DNA from: the human T2T-CHM13v2.0 reference genome, Homo sapiens
Assembly (NCBI RefSeq): GCF_009914755.1
Contig: NC_060925.1
Reading direction: 5' to 3' (one strand)
Length of the DNA: 64,000 nucleotides
Positions 45,050 through 61,043 of the stretch are shown in pieces (within the stretch, counting starts at the first letter, position 1; the number at the start of each line of letters is the position of its first letter). Made by a program: the position numbers and the translations under genes. Under the pieces are notes generated by a model. The model did no database searches and had not been told where the DNA came from. It saw only the letters and a list, made by a program, of their open reading frames with translations.

Positions 45050-45090
45050 GGCTCTTTTCAGAGCCACCCACACGATCAAGAAAGGGTTTC
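45050..45090 (+). terminator. Histone stem-loop and HDE of H2BU1
   Basis: GGCTCTTTTCAGAGCC at 45050-45065, ACCCA, then purine-rich AAGAAAGGGTT. Confidence 0.93.
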
Positions 45091-45165
45091 GAACACGGTG
45101 AAGGGTTATGTAACCTAATGTGTCTCCATGCACCCTAGCGGTTGCCGGGTGCGGCCGAATCTGAG

Positions 45166-45167
<2 letters not shown>

Positions 45168-45204
<37 letters not shown>

Positions 45205-45207
45205 CGC
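45168..45207. repeat. (GT)n(GC)n alternating purine-pyrimidine tract
   Basis: 40 nt of uninterrupted alternation. Confidence 0.95.
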
Positions 45208-45351
45208 CGGCACAGAACGAGAAAAACTGCTCGTTACAGAAATCGGGGTAGAAACTGCTCAGGTGATGTAGCTCAGTAATGTTGGGAGGCGATCAAGGAC
45301 CCCCTCTCCATCCCCTCCCTCCGCGCAGAGCTATTAACTCACGACGAGATT

Positions 45352-46804
<1,453 letters not shown>

Positions 46805-48585
46805 GAGAAATAATTTTTAAATAAAATTCAATGAAAAATATTTTTCCCCCAAGTCATTTCTCCAAAGGGAACCCGTCGCGTGCCTGGGATGGGGAAAGAA
46901 AGGTCACCGTGAACATCCTCGACCAAAACGGCTTTGTCCCCTATTCCCCACCTTTTTTTTCCTGCGTGATTCCTCTACAAGAATCTTTGAGAACCTCGCA
47001 TGTTTTAAAGCTATCTAAAATATTTTTATTTTCAATTAAAATAGTTGCAAAGATACAAATACCAACGTGGAACTTTTTAAAAATCAAAATTCTCACATCA
47101 GTCTCAAGGTGCCTTTTGGAATATCAATATGATAGTATAATCAATTCATAAAATACATGACCAAATTTTTCTTTGTCAATGCGATGTTTCAGATGATTTT
47201 TTTCCTCCTGAATGCCTATTTCCATTCTCCATTTGCCTTACAATTTCACCCTACCATAATATATCTATTGTATGTTTAATAGTGTTTTGTCTATTGTTCT
47301 CTGCAAAAAAGTCTACATTGAAATTTAAGCATACCTCTGGGTAGTCTCTCACTGTTAAGAAAAATCATCTCGACAGTACACAATTGTTCAAAACATAAAT
47401 AATTTGATGTTATCAAACAGATAAACTTTTAGTGAAACTGACTCTTAATGAGCTGGATGGTGCACCCACTCTCTTCTCTCCTCTCCTTTCCACCTCAATG
47501 ACTGCACACATGCAGTGTTCATATTGTTACAGTGTTAGCACAGCATGGGATCATTTCCATATGGTTACAATGCTAGCAGTGCACGGGGTCATTTCCATTC
47601 TGTTTTGTTTTGATATATGCTCCAAAAAAAATTTACAAAAAATACACAGGAATGACAATTTTGTCATAGGCACTTTATTCAATTCTTTGCATCCCTAGTT
47701 ATAATCCAAATATTAAACAGTGATCCATCATCAAAAGTAAGTGGGACTTGTCAACACCCTTAGTACTGTCAAGAAATATAGGATTTGTATGAAAAGCTGT
47801 TGAATCCAGTCCTCTCCACTATGAAACAGGTGCCCAATGACTGGAACATCCAAGCCCTCGGCCTCCTACCAGCATGGATTGGAAGTCAATACCTTAAACA
47901 TTTGCAGCTGTGAAACTACTCTCACAGACCCATATAGTTCTCCACCTTAATGAACTTAAAACATAGGTTTAATAAAGTGAAACCAGTCTCCAGTAGAGAG
48001 AGTGAATGATTGTGTTAGCACAAGGCAACAACACTGGTTAGTGCCAGAGATCAAATCAAGGCACAAGATGAACATTTCATGACATTTTCCAAGTGTAATT
48101 CTCTAAGAAGGCATTTTGTGATGGATAATGTCAAACGTCAGTCAATTCATGTCTCAGTCCTTCTGATTCCCCTGGCACAAACTTGAAGTAGAAACAGGCT
48201 GTCTTTTCCTGCTACATTAGCACCCCCAGGCCCAGAATGAATGGGATTTGTCCGTCTCTCCTAGGACAGGGATCTGTTAAGGGAGAGGCAAAGAAGGTAA
48301 AACAGGATCCTTGCTACTAAGATTTTATAATGGAGAAAATTCAGAGCAATCGTGTCCAGAACCCATTTCTCTAATTATAGTGTTACAACAGAGAAAGACA
48401 AATGTTAATGATAAATGAAGGCAGTGCACATCAAATATGTGAGAATCCACAGAGACTAAGGGAATTAGGACTCACTCAACAAAATGGAAGCATTTTCTGG
48501 GTTGGAGAGACATGCCAAGATTCTTAAACTAAGCCAAATTTTTAAACTAAGCTTCATCTCACCTATCTGAGATGGGTGAGTGACA

Positions 48586-48663
48586 ATCACTTAAATACAT
48601 GTCAGATTGTATGCCTACAAAATCCCTCCAGACTGGCATACAATCTGACATGTATTTAAGAGA
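48586..48663 (+). ncRNA. MIR4666A: Pre-miRNA hairpin mir-4666a
   Basis: Perfect 26-bp stem (48590-48615 / 48635-48660) with a 19-nt loop. Arms ATACATGTCAGATTGTATGCC and CATACAATCTGACATGTATTT match my recollection of miR-4666a-5p/-3p, and so does the position beside H2BU1. Confidence 0.85.
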
Positions 48664-48764
48664 TTGCCCCTCACCCATCTCAGATGGAAATTTCAAGTCA
48701 GATTTGCTAATTATTATGCAGTAAATAAAATAATTTGGAAGGAATCATCTCCAATTAAACCAAC

Positions 48765-49570
48765 TTTGATTAAAAAACAAAAAATAACAAATGTTGGTGA
48801 GAACGCAGGGAAAGGGGATGCTTGTACACTGCTGGTAAGAATGTAAATCAGTACAGCCACTATAGAGACAAATATGGGCATTCTTTAAAAAACTAAAAAC
48901 AGACTTACCATATGATCCAGCAACCCCATTGCTGGGTATATATCCAAAAGAAAGGAAATCAGTATATCAAAGAGATGTCTGCGGTCTCATGTTCATTGCA
49001 GCACTATTTATAATAGCCAAGATAGAAAGTCAACCTTAGTGCCCATCAGTAGATATATGGATAAAGAATATGTGGTACATTTACACATTCGAATACTATT
49101 TGGCCATTAAAAAAAATGAAATCCCGTCATCAGCAACATGGATGGAACTGGAGGACATTATGTTAAGTAAAACAAATCAGGCACAGAAAGACAAATACTG
49201 CATGATCTCACTCATACGTGGGAGCTAAGAACATGCATCTCATGGAGGTAGAAAGTTGATTGCTGGTTACCAGAAGCTGGGAAGAGTGGTGGGGAAAGGA
49301 GGAGATGAAGTTGATTAATGGGTACAAAAATATGCTTAGAAGAAATGGTAACATCTAGTATTGGTTAGAAAAGTAGGGTGACTGTAGTTAACAATAATTA
49401 GTTGTATTGCTGGAGGAGAGGAATTGGAATGATCTCGACCTAAAGAGGGTGTGAATATGATGACGGATGTCCCAGTTGCCCTGGTTTGATTGTTAAGCCT
49501 ATGCGTATATCAAAATATTTGTACCCCCCAAATATGTACAACTATTACGTACTACTAATAAAAAAGCATA
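48765..49570 (+). mobile_element. L1 3' fragment (L1MA/L1PB-like)
   Basis: CCATATGATCCAGCAACCCCATTGCTGGGTATATATCCAAAAGAAAGGAAATCAG...ATGGATGGAACTGGAGGACATTATG...AATAAAAAA. Confidence 0.85.
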
Positions 49571-50657
49571 TTGCTCTGAAAAAGTGCTCTAAAAAATAAA
49601 GCCTATTTACAAAAAGAATTTGGAGGAAAGAAAACTCCCTTTAAGAAGAAACTAACCCAAGAAAATGGATTTACTTTATGAGGCCAGAGAGGTTAAATGT
49701 TGATAAATGCGTGGCTGTCATTGTGTTGGGAGTGTGCAGTGGGAACTGAGCCTGGGTAGAGTGCATCTTCTACCAGTGGGAACTGAGCCTGGAAACCGAA
49801 TTCTAATTCCAGGCAACGTTTTTGCTTAGAGGGTGGGTAGCTCTCAGGTATTCGTGGTTGGGGTGTCACCGGTATGGGGTATTTTTAGGGGGAGGACAGC
49901 CTGGGCCCCAGTCAGGCCTGCATGCCTTAGTTTTTAATGTGTCATCCAGAGATCATACTTATTTTTCCTATGATTTGCTGGAGTTTTTTTTAAAAAGCAC
50001 TATATTTGCATTATTCAAAATAATCTTTCACTGTGTAATATGCGTACACACACACACACACACATTTTGGGGGTAAAATACGAGAATCCCTTAATTGGGG
50101 AAATTTTAGCTGAGTGATAAGGAGATCTGTGAGCCTGCTGTTTTGATGTTTCAAGCAGGAAGGCGTGGCATAAAGAGCTGCTTAGGCGCAACGCTGCTGA
50201 AATGGTTTTGGCTAGAAGCTCACAGTGTCTAGTTGTGGCTAAGGAGGGAGGAAAGGGGCGGGAGAAGAACGGACCCAAGCGCCTCCGCCCAGACGGCGCG
50301 ATAACCCCCTCACCTCCAACCCCGGACCTCAGTGAGCACGTCCTCCAGTCTCAGCCGCCAGGAGGCACTGGGGGCGGGGACGTGGCACAAGATCTTCCCG
50401 GAGGTGACCCACGCTCCTCGCGCGCAGGGCGTAAGCCACACACAGATCTTTGGATGGGATCCATGGCGCAATCGCCTGTACTGCCCCCTCTCTGACTTTG
50501 CCTGTGGCCAACACAAGACGAACGCAGCCTTTCTAAGGGAAATATGCCGTTACAAACAAGAAGCCTAATTTTGTCTCTAAGACTTGCGCCCCCACGGCTC
50601 AGTCTACTTTCCCTCATTACTCCAATTGAATCACAGGTCACAACCAGACCAGGTGGC

Positions 50658-50697
50658 ACGCTCCTTTTGGAGCTTGGAGGTGGCTCTGAAAAGAGCC
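50658..50697 (-). terminator. Intact stem-loop and HDE of the H2B pseudogene
   Basis: GGCTCTTTTCAGAGCC at 50697-50682, followed by AAAAGGAGCG. Confidence 0.9.
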
Positions 50698-50724
50698 TTT
50701 GGGTTCGGGGCGCCGGGACGCACC

Positions 50725-51106
<382 letters not shown>

Positions 51107-51330
51107 GGCGAGGTGACAAGAGCGCCTAGACGAACGCGGATGCGGGGCCGGCAGGGCTATTTGCCATCTTTATATTCAAATTAAGGCTCCAAATTTGTAG
51201 TGTCTGATTGGACGGCCTGACTCCGCGGCCGCCACTGGGAGGAATTTCTGTAAATAGCAGAGTCCGGTTCTTCTTTCCTATTGGACGGCGGTCCAACCAA
51301 TCCCAAGGCATATCCGCCGCGCGCCGGAGC
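51107..51330 (-). promoter_or_regulatory. Retained promoter/CpG island of the H2B pseudogene
   Basis: CCAATCAGA (51211-51203), N21, ATTTGAAT (51181-51174); more CCAAT boxes at ~51280 and 51297; CpG-rich. Confidence 0.8.
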
Positions 51331-53037
51331 TGAGGTTGCGCATCTTTGTTCAAAGCCTTTGTTTTAAACCTGGAGATTTTTGTGTCTGCAGCGGATCTGG
51401 AGGTAGCTAAAGAGAAACTGAAAAACGGTTGCAACCCCAAATTGAGGTCTTCTCTGGCTGTGAGGCACATACATGGGGGCATTTTTTTTTTCTGAGGCCC
51501 ACAGCTAGGGAGGGGTAGTTAGTGCTTATTTAGAAGGGGAGGTGGCGGTGGGAATGGCAGTTTGCAACGACCTTAACCCTTCGTTTCTTGCCCTTCCCTC
51601 CATTCCTCCAAAGATCAAAGAGATGCATTCTTCTCAGAATTCAATTGTAAATCCAAACGGTTCGTTAGGAAATACAGAAAATAGTACAGAAAACATGCTA
51701 AGGTACTTCAATTGGAATTGTCATGAGGCAGAGTTTTAACTGGAGAAATTGAATGGGTTTCAAATGAAACTTAGTCTTTCCTATTGTTTTTAAGGTCTCC
51801 CCAAACCCCTTCGAAGTGACAGCCGTAATGCAAAGGGATTGCTATGGGCGATCTCATTTGTTTCCCGGTATCCCCGAGAGGTGGGTACTGTGATTGCTCT
51901 AACTCCGTCAGAGCGCAGGCTTATAGAAGGCACTGTCTCCGAGCTGCGCCCCTCTCCCCGCCATTCTATTAATTCCCAATGAAGAAACGTAAGGTGTTGT
52001 GTATTTCAGCTTCAACTGAAGAGCTGGTTAAAAAAGCAGAATCTCAGGCCCACTCCTATCTGATTGAGTTAGAATTTGCATTTTAAATAGACTTGTGTGC
52101 ACTTGACGATTTGAGAAGCCCTAGTCCGGAGGTCATTTATCTGCCCTAGCTGGGGCAGATAATTTACCTCTCCACACCTCCATATACTCATCTGTGAAAT
52201 AAGGCTGCCAGTGCCCGCCTGATAGCGTTGCTGAGCATTAATGAGTGTGAAGCAGCGGGCAGGGTGCCCAGCATCTATTTTGTGCTTAATTCCTGTTAGC
52301 GCCTTTCCTTCTTAGGACTGATCCAGCCATAAGCAGCTTGGGCTACCTCAGCAGAGCCTGCTCTATGCCCCGGGCAGATCCATCACGTAAATATGTAGCA
52401 CAAACCTTTCTCTCCCACTAGCATGCTGACTAAGCTTAACTCACAGGGAAGGATGTGGCTTTCATGTCTGAGGCTCCAGAGCACAGAGTGTGGCACCAGC
52501 AGGGGCCCAGTCAGTATCTGCTTGTGAATAAGCCTGTGAGCTGAGGCAGTACCCTCTACATTCAAGTCTGTCCTCTGAGGTCTTCTGGGCATCTTGAGAC
52601 TGTGGGTTCCCTGAATGGCTTTGGGCATACCCAGCATTAAGCACTTTATCTGCTTCCTTTTGAAATATGTGGTTGATTTACCAAGCATTTCTAGAGTGCT
52701 CACTAAGAGCTGGCTAGGTAACCACTTAATAAATACTTGATTCAATTTAGTTCTCAAACAGCCCTTTGACAAAGATTCTCTGCTTGGCCAAACTCTGGTC
52801 AGGCTCCAGAACCTCCTCCTGGGTCCATCTGTGCACTTTCTTGTGAAATCCAGTTTTAGGAAGAGCCCCGCTAAGTCAGTTTAACTAGAACCCCTGATTC
52901 TGAATATCTGATCGCCCTCTGTGCTATCTGATGGGGTTCCTCATCCTCCATCCCCAGGTGATATCTGATCACCCTGCCTGCCTCCAGCAAGAGCCATGTG
53001 AGGTTCGTTTACCCAGAATCCCCCTCACACCTGATGT

Positions 53038-53109
53038 CTTCTTCTTCTTCTTCTTCTTCTTCTTCTTCTTCTTCTTCTTCTTCTTCTTCTTCTTCTTCTT
53101 CTTCTTCTT
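53038..53109. repeat. Pure (CTT)24 / (GAA)24 trinucleotide repeat
   Basis: 72 uninterrupted nt forming the tail of a minus-strand Alu. Confidence 0.97.
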
Positions 53110-53382
53110 TTTGAGATGGAATCTTGCTCTGTTGCCCAGTAGCACAATCTCAGTTCACTGCAACGTCCACCTCCCGGGTTCAAATGATTTTCCTGCCTCA
53201 GCCTCCTGAGTAGCTGGGATTACAGGCATGCCTGACCATGCTAGGCTAAGTTTTGTATTTTTAGTGGAGACAGGGTTTTGCCATATTGGCCAGGCTGGTC
53301 TCAAACTGCTGACCTCAAGTGATCCACCCTCCTCAGCCTCCCAAAGTGTTAGGATTACAGGCATGAGCCACCGTACTTGGCC
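53110..53382 (-). mobile_element. Alu inserted in an ERV1-type LTR (~52767-53570, MER31-like)
   Basis: CCTGATGTCT on both sides of the Alu plus tail. Host starts TGACAAAGATTCTCTGCTTGGCCAAACT. Confidence 0.75.
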
Positions 53383-54812
53383 CTGATGTCTCCTCTTAAT
53401 ACTGTTCTATCCACTAATCTACCCTACTCCTGTCTATAAATTTCCACTTGTCAGTGCGGTACTCAGAATTGAGCCCAATCTCTCTACCCTGCTGCAGAAT
53501 CCCACTGCAATGGTCCTAATCCTACTCCACCGTCCTGAATGAAGCCTTCCTCACCATGGTTTAACAAACGTTAATATATGTACATATATAGCACTGCTTG
53601 CCTTGGTCCTGCCAGCCCAGTGAGATGCTGGTCTTCCCACCAGGTTCTTACTAAGGCTTCCTGGCTTCCTACTGGTGTGGAAAGGTTTGAAACAAAACTT
53701 GGAGTGGGACAGGAGGTGGGCATTCTAAGGACTTTGGGTAAGAATATGTCTTTCAGGTACTAAGATTTAGGATTTGCTCTGCCCACCATATGGTGGCTGC
53801 TTGGTGGTGTCAGGAAATCAGTCCTGGTTCTCATGGGTGGTGATTGCTAGGGACTCAATGTCTGCGTTCCCTCCAAATTTCTAGGTTGAAAACCCCCATC
53901 CCCAGGGTGATGGTGTTAGAAGGTGGGGCCTTTGGGGGATGATTATGTCATGAGGGTGGAGTGGCATGGTAGGATTCATGCCCTTATAAGAAGAGACACA
54001 AGACAGCTTGCTTTTCTCTTTCTCTCTGCTGCAGGGCCCAAGGAAAAACTTTCCTATTGCCCTCTGAAGATTCACTAAAAATCAGCTGACAAAAGACAGA
54101 TTAAAAGAGAAAAGGCATACACATTTATTTGATCATAGTTTAGTGTGACAAAAAAGCCTTCAGAATGAATACAGAAGAAGCTGTCTATTTTAATGCTTAG
54201 GTTCAACAAAATATGGACTGCTATGTAGAAATAGGATTGGGCATGATCTACTGCTAATACACTGAGTGGGGACATCCAGCAAGCCCTGTCTGTCTAGATT
54301 CTTCTTGGCCTCTCTGCGTGGCATTCCTTCCTCTTGGGTATGAGACAGGACCCTCTGTGGAATGGGAGTCTTATGACGTACAACCAGACAAGGTGGCCCA
54401 GAGAATTTATGGTCAGCATTTGCACAGAAAGGCAGGAGTTAGAGTAATATTTTTAGGATTTGTGTCTGGCTGTGGGGAAAAGGGGTTGCGGTTTTTATGA
54501 CCTGCCTTGGGGAAGAGGTATTCTAGTTTCTATGGCCAGTCTGGGGGAGAATGGGACTGAGACAGGAAGGCAGGAGATCAGAGAAAGTTTTTTGCTTCAG
54601 AGGTCTTCATTTTAGGATATCGCTTTCTAGCACCATGTGAGGACACAGGGAGAAGATGGCTAGGTGCAAACCAGTAAGAATGACCTCACAAAACCCAACC
54701 CTGCTGACACCCTGATCTCAGACTACTAGCCTTGGATAATCAGCACTCTTTGGGGGAAAATAACGACACAAAATGTATGTGTTATGTAACTGTAATGTGC
54801 AGTTTGTATTAA

Positions 54813-55775
<963 letters not shown>

Positions 55776-56099
55776 TTTTTTTAAGCATTTAATAAAATTG
55801 CACGTTGCAATGGCAAATGCACATGCTCCATCCAGACCCCACCGGTAGAGTGGGATCTGTGTGAGGGACAGCACCCTACAGATACAGAGAGGACAGGCTT
55901 CCAGGCTTCTCAAGGACTAGAGGGAACCTTGTACGATTTAAAGCGGAGGAACTGGGAGTGGCTGAAATGACAGGGTGTGCTATGGAGTTCTGCAGGGAAC
56001 ATTGGGGCCTCCCGTAATGCTTGCAGGATTGCAAAGAAGGAAAAAAGGGTTTGGGCAGCCTTGCGCTTCTCAGGGCTTCCAGTTGACATCCTATGGACA

Positions 56100-58110
56100 A
56101 AGGCCCTCCTGCCACAGCCAAGGCGCGTTTCCATCAGGGGCGACTCCTGGGGCGCCTGAGAGCAACCTCCTCCCGGCGCGCCCCCACCCTGCTTAAAGGC
56201 ACCGGGTTGCGCCGGGCCAGCACCTGGGAGCTCCCCAGCCCAGCGCTCGGAGCACGGGGGACAAAGGCCGGTGCCCCCGGGGACCTGATGCCCAAGAGGG
56301 CAGGCCCTCTGACCAAGTCGAGGAGGCACACCGGCTGATTCCCAGCGCCCACGTCCGCAGGAGCAGCTTTTGTGCTCATTTCCATTGCATTTCAGCACTT
56401 AGAAAAGAGCTGCAAATGCCAGCGACAGGTGGTGTGGATGCAGAAGCAAAGCAGGAGCATGAAAGCCAATCAGTGAAACAGAGGCAGGCCCGGGCGAGGG
56501 CACCAGCCTGGGAACCCGAGGCGTGCTCCCTGAGCAGCAGGTTTGGGGTAACCTGAACGGCGGCCTTTGGTGGCCCTGTCCACCCAGCGAAGCAGCTCCT
56601 GCCCTACAGTAGCTTTTGGCGAAAAGCTCTTCAAGGCCAGTGATCTCCCTTCCCCAAGCTAATATTATACCACAGATTTCTCTTCTTACGTACTGCAATT
56701 AAATATCTTACGGGCTGCTGACTGCGAAGCTGGTGGCTTCAAGCAGCATTTGGAGAAGATATGGAAACCGGCAACGTACCTATCACAAGACATAAGGGAA
56801 TTTTATGTAATAAATAATAAATAATAAATATTTATTATTTAACCAGGAGAGGTGGTTTCCACCAGGGAAGGGAGAGCCGGGGAGTGTGCGGGGAGGGGTG
56901 CCCTACGGTGGGCTAGGAGGGGTGCAGGAGGAGTGCAGGAGGAGGTGGGCAAGTGGGGGATACCGGGGTGGGGCGGGTTGGGAGGGGAGGGGCTCTCAGA
57001 TGGGAGACAAGAAGTATGCGGGGAGGAAGGGGGGTGGGGGAGGGTGGCGGGGAGGGGAGCAGGAGTTGGGGGAGGGGCTCCGGGGGATGGGTGGGGAGGG
57101 GAGCTGGACTGATCCCCGATTTACCCTGAGGAACACGCAAGCCGGCCTCCTCCACCCTGTAAACCCCGAAGCAGCCTCATCCCTGTGCCACACGGGGGTC
57201 GAGAAATCTTGGTGACATGCAAAGATTGGGGAGAAAACATTAAGGCGCAAACGTGCATGAAATACAACAAATTCCAAACTCAGAAATAAAACCGAGGGTC
57301 GCAGAGAGGCAGCGGAATGAAGGGTGGCTTTGGAAAGCTCGAGAAGGCGCATCAGCCAATTGGTTTGTGGTGTGAGGCGGGTGAGAATGAATTTAGAACC
57401 AACTGGATACTGCACCCCTCAGTATTGGGGCGTCACAGCACCGCGGCACCCCTGCACTGCGTACCCATCTTCCCCGGCACCCCTGCAGCCCCAGCATCCC
57501 AACACTCCTGCACTCTGGTGCCGGGGCTTCCCTCTATCCCTGGCACCCCTGTGAACTCAGCACCACACCATTTGACAACTCTGCTCCCGGCACCCCTGCA
57601 CTTCTGCACTCGGGTACCACTGCACCCCTGCATTCATATCCTCTGCCCCCACACCCCTGTAACCCCAGCACCCCCAGCATCCCTGCAACTGGTGACCCTT
57701 ATAATCCCAGCAGCACCCCATCTGACACCCTTGCGTCCGGCACCCCAGCACTGCGGTACCCCGGCATTCGTGAAGCAGAGCACCCTGGCGCCGCATGCCC
57801 TGAGCCTGGGCTGCCCCTTCGCGCAGGAACCCAAGACGGAACCCACTCGCGTTGCGCCCGAGGAGGTGCGAGGCTGGTCCGCCAGACCCGCCCAGCACGT
57901 CACCAACACACCTAAGGAAGCCGGCTCCGGTGCCGCCTCCGTGGGGCGCAGGCTGGAGATGAAGGTCCAGGTCTCTGGACTGCGCAGAAACGCTTTTCCC
58001 AGAACCGCCCAAGACATTAACTAGGTGAAGTGGGTTATTTTCCCGAGTGCATTTGACGCTTCTTTCCCAGGCCGGGATGGGAAAATGGGCTGGCCACCGG
58101 GTCCCTGTCC
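56100..58110. promoter_or_regulatory. GC/CpG-rich region with no recognisable gene
   Basis: CpG-rich blocks at 56120-56360 and 57730-58010; G-run tract at 56870-57105. Confidence 0.5.
57410..57790. repeat. Degenerate GCACCCCTGCA-based array
   Basis: Many GCACCCC(T/A)G cores. Confidence 0.8.
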
Positions 58111-58127
58111 ATCTGTGTCCTCCAAAG

Positions 58128-58387
<260 letters not shown>

Positions 58388-59223
58388 CTAACCTGAGTCT
58401 AGACTGGACTCCCCAGCCAAGTCTTCTAGTCTTGTTTTGTAGCCTCAGATTCTGCACCCTGCTGTCTTCTTAAGTCACCCCTAGGGGGCATTTTGTTCCA
58501 GTGGAAGAGCAGAATATGCCTCCTGCAAGATGAGGGATTGTTGGGCTCAGGGCAATGGAGAAGAAAGTATACAGGAGAGCTCACTGCCCTCCCTCTGGGT
58601 GGCTAAAAGCAGGACATGGATTTACAGAAGGCATCCAGCCCCCACCCCACTTCACCAGGGAGAAGGGAGGTTAGCACTGAAGACAACTTTGCACCTTTAT
58701 TGACTGGAGATGCTACCAGGGGATCTGCATTAGCAAGGGCTACTAACTAGACTTCATGTGTCCTTTATGTGCCTTTCTCCAAGTTGCTGTTCCTAGAGAC
58801 TCAAAGTTCATCTCTCTTATCTTGTCACTTCTCTGCAGATTTACTGTTCTTTGTTGAAGATACCATAAAAGCGGGAATTCAAAGCCACCTCTTTGAGGAC
58901 TACCCATTCTCTGGGGGCCACGCATGTATCTAGGAAAGGTAGCTGCTAGTAAGCTGCTATTTGTGCCTCTTGCTAATGTGTCTTTTATAACAGGGGTCAG
59001 TTTCAACTAAGAATTGATGGGGTGGAGGGTATTTTCCCCCTACATGATGTCATTAATGTGCTGGACCATCAAATAAATTCTAACACGTAATCAAAAAATT
59101 CTTCCTTCCAGAAAAGTAAGAAACTCCTATACTTTCTCTAGCAGGAGGGCTGTGGCCTGTTTGGTTTGCTATTTTAACCGTTTATCTACCCTGTGCCTAC
59201 ACCTGCATGGGTTCTCAACTGTA

Positions 59224-59968
<745 letters not shown>

Positions 59969-60728
59969 GTGCATCCAATTACACAAGTGCTTTCTGAATG
60001 CTTTTCCCTCCTGTTCTTCCTGTCTAGCTTCTAACACCACCCTGTCCCCACCTGTAGTAACAACTTCCCTAAATTCCTCCTTATGGGCTATACAATTTTT
60101 GGGGAGAGGGTTTCCCAAAATGTGGTTCTGATATCCACACACCTACCTAACATTTCTTACTCTACATCCTCAGGGGGCTGGTCTCGAACTCCTGACCTCA
60201 AGTGATCCTCCTGCCTTGGCCTCCCAAAGTCCTGGGATTACAGGTGTGAGCCACCGTGTCCGGCCCCCAGTGAGATTTAAAAACACTCCTCAAAGGCTCC
60301 AGCCTCAAGCTGAATCTTCTACAAAACTGAACTCACCTTCTCACCCCAGCTCTCCACTCCAAGGGACGCACACCACATAGAAACCCTGGTGGTGTCATCT
60401 CACTCTTCTCCATTTCTAGTCAATGGCCACACTTCTCTCCCTAGCTCAGCACCATGGTGCTGCTCACACACGGGCAGGCATTCTAGATGAGTCCCCCATC
60501 TGGCCTAGGAACTTCCTCCCTGGCACTTGGTCTCCCTCCAACCAGTTCATGTTTCTGCATTGGGGCACTGAGAAATTCCAGCACCTGGTCACATCTCTAT
60601 TGTGTAAGCCCTCACTATGTACATGGTCCCTGGATGCCCCACCCACAATCCTAATCCTGCAGCCCAGCCAGGACTCCCTGCCATCTCTTCTTCTGGGCCT
60701 CCTCTCACTTTTTAAAAATAGAATTAAA

Positions 60729-61043
<315 letters not shown>

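Noticed and set aside
52931-53209. Poly-Phe ORF and the many Alu-derived ORFs in the track
   Set aside because: Translations of the (CTT)n tract and of Alu sequence.
57317-58024. 235-aa ATG-initiated ORF in the distal GC-rich region
   Set aside because: Mostly translation of the GCACCCCTG low-complexity tract, with no recognisable domain.
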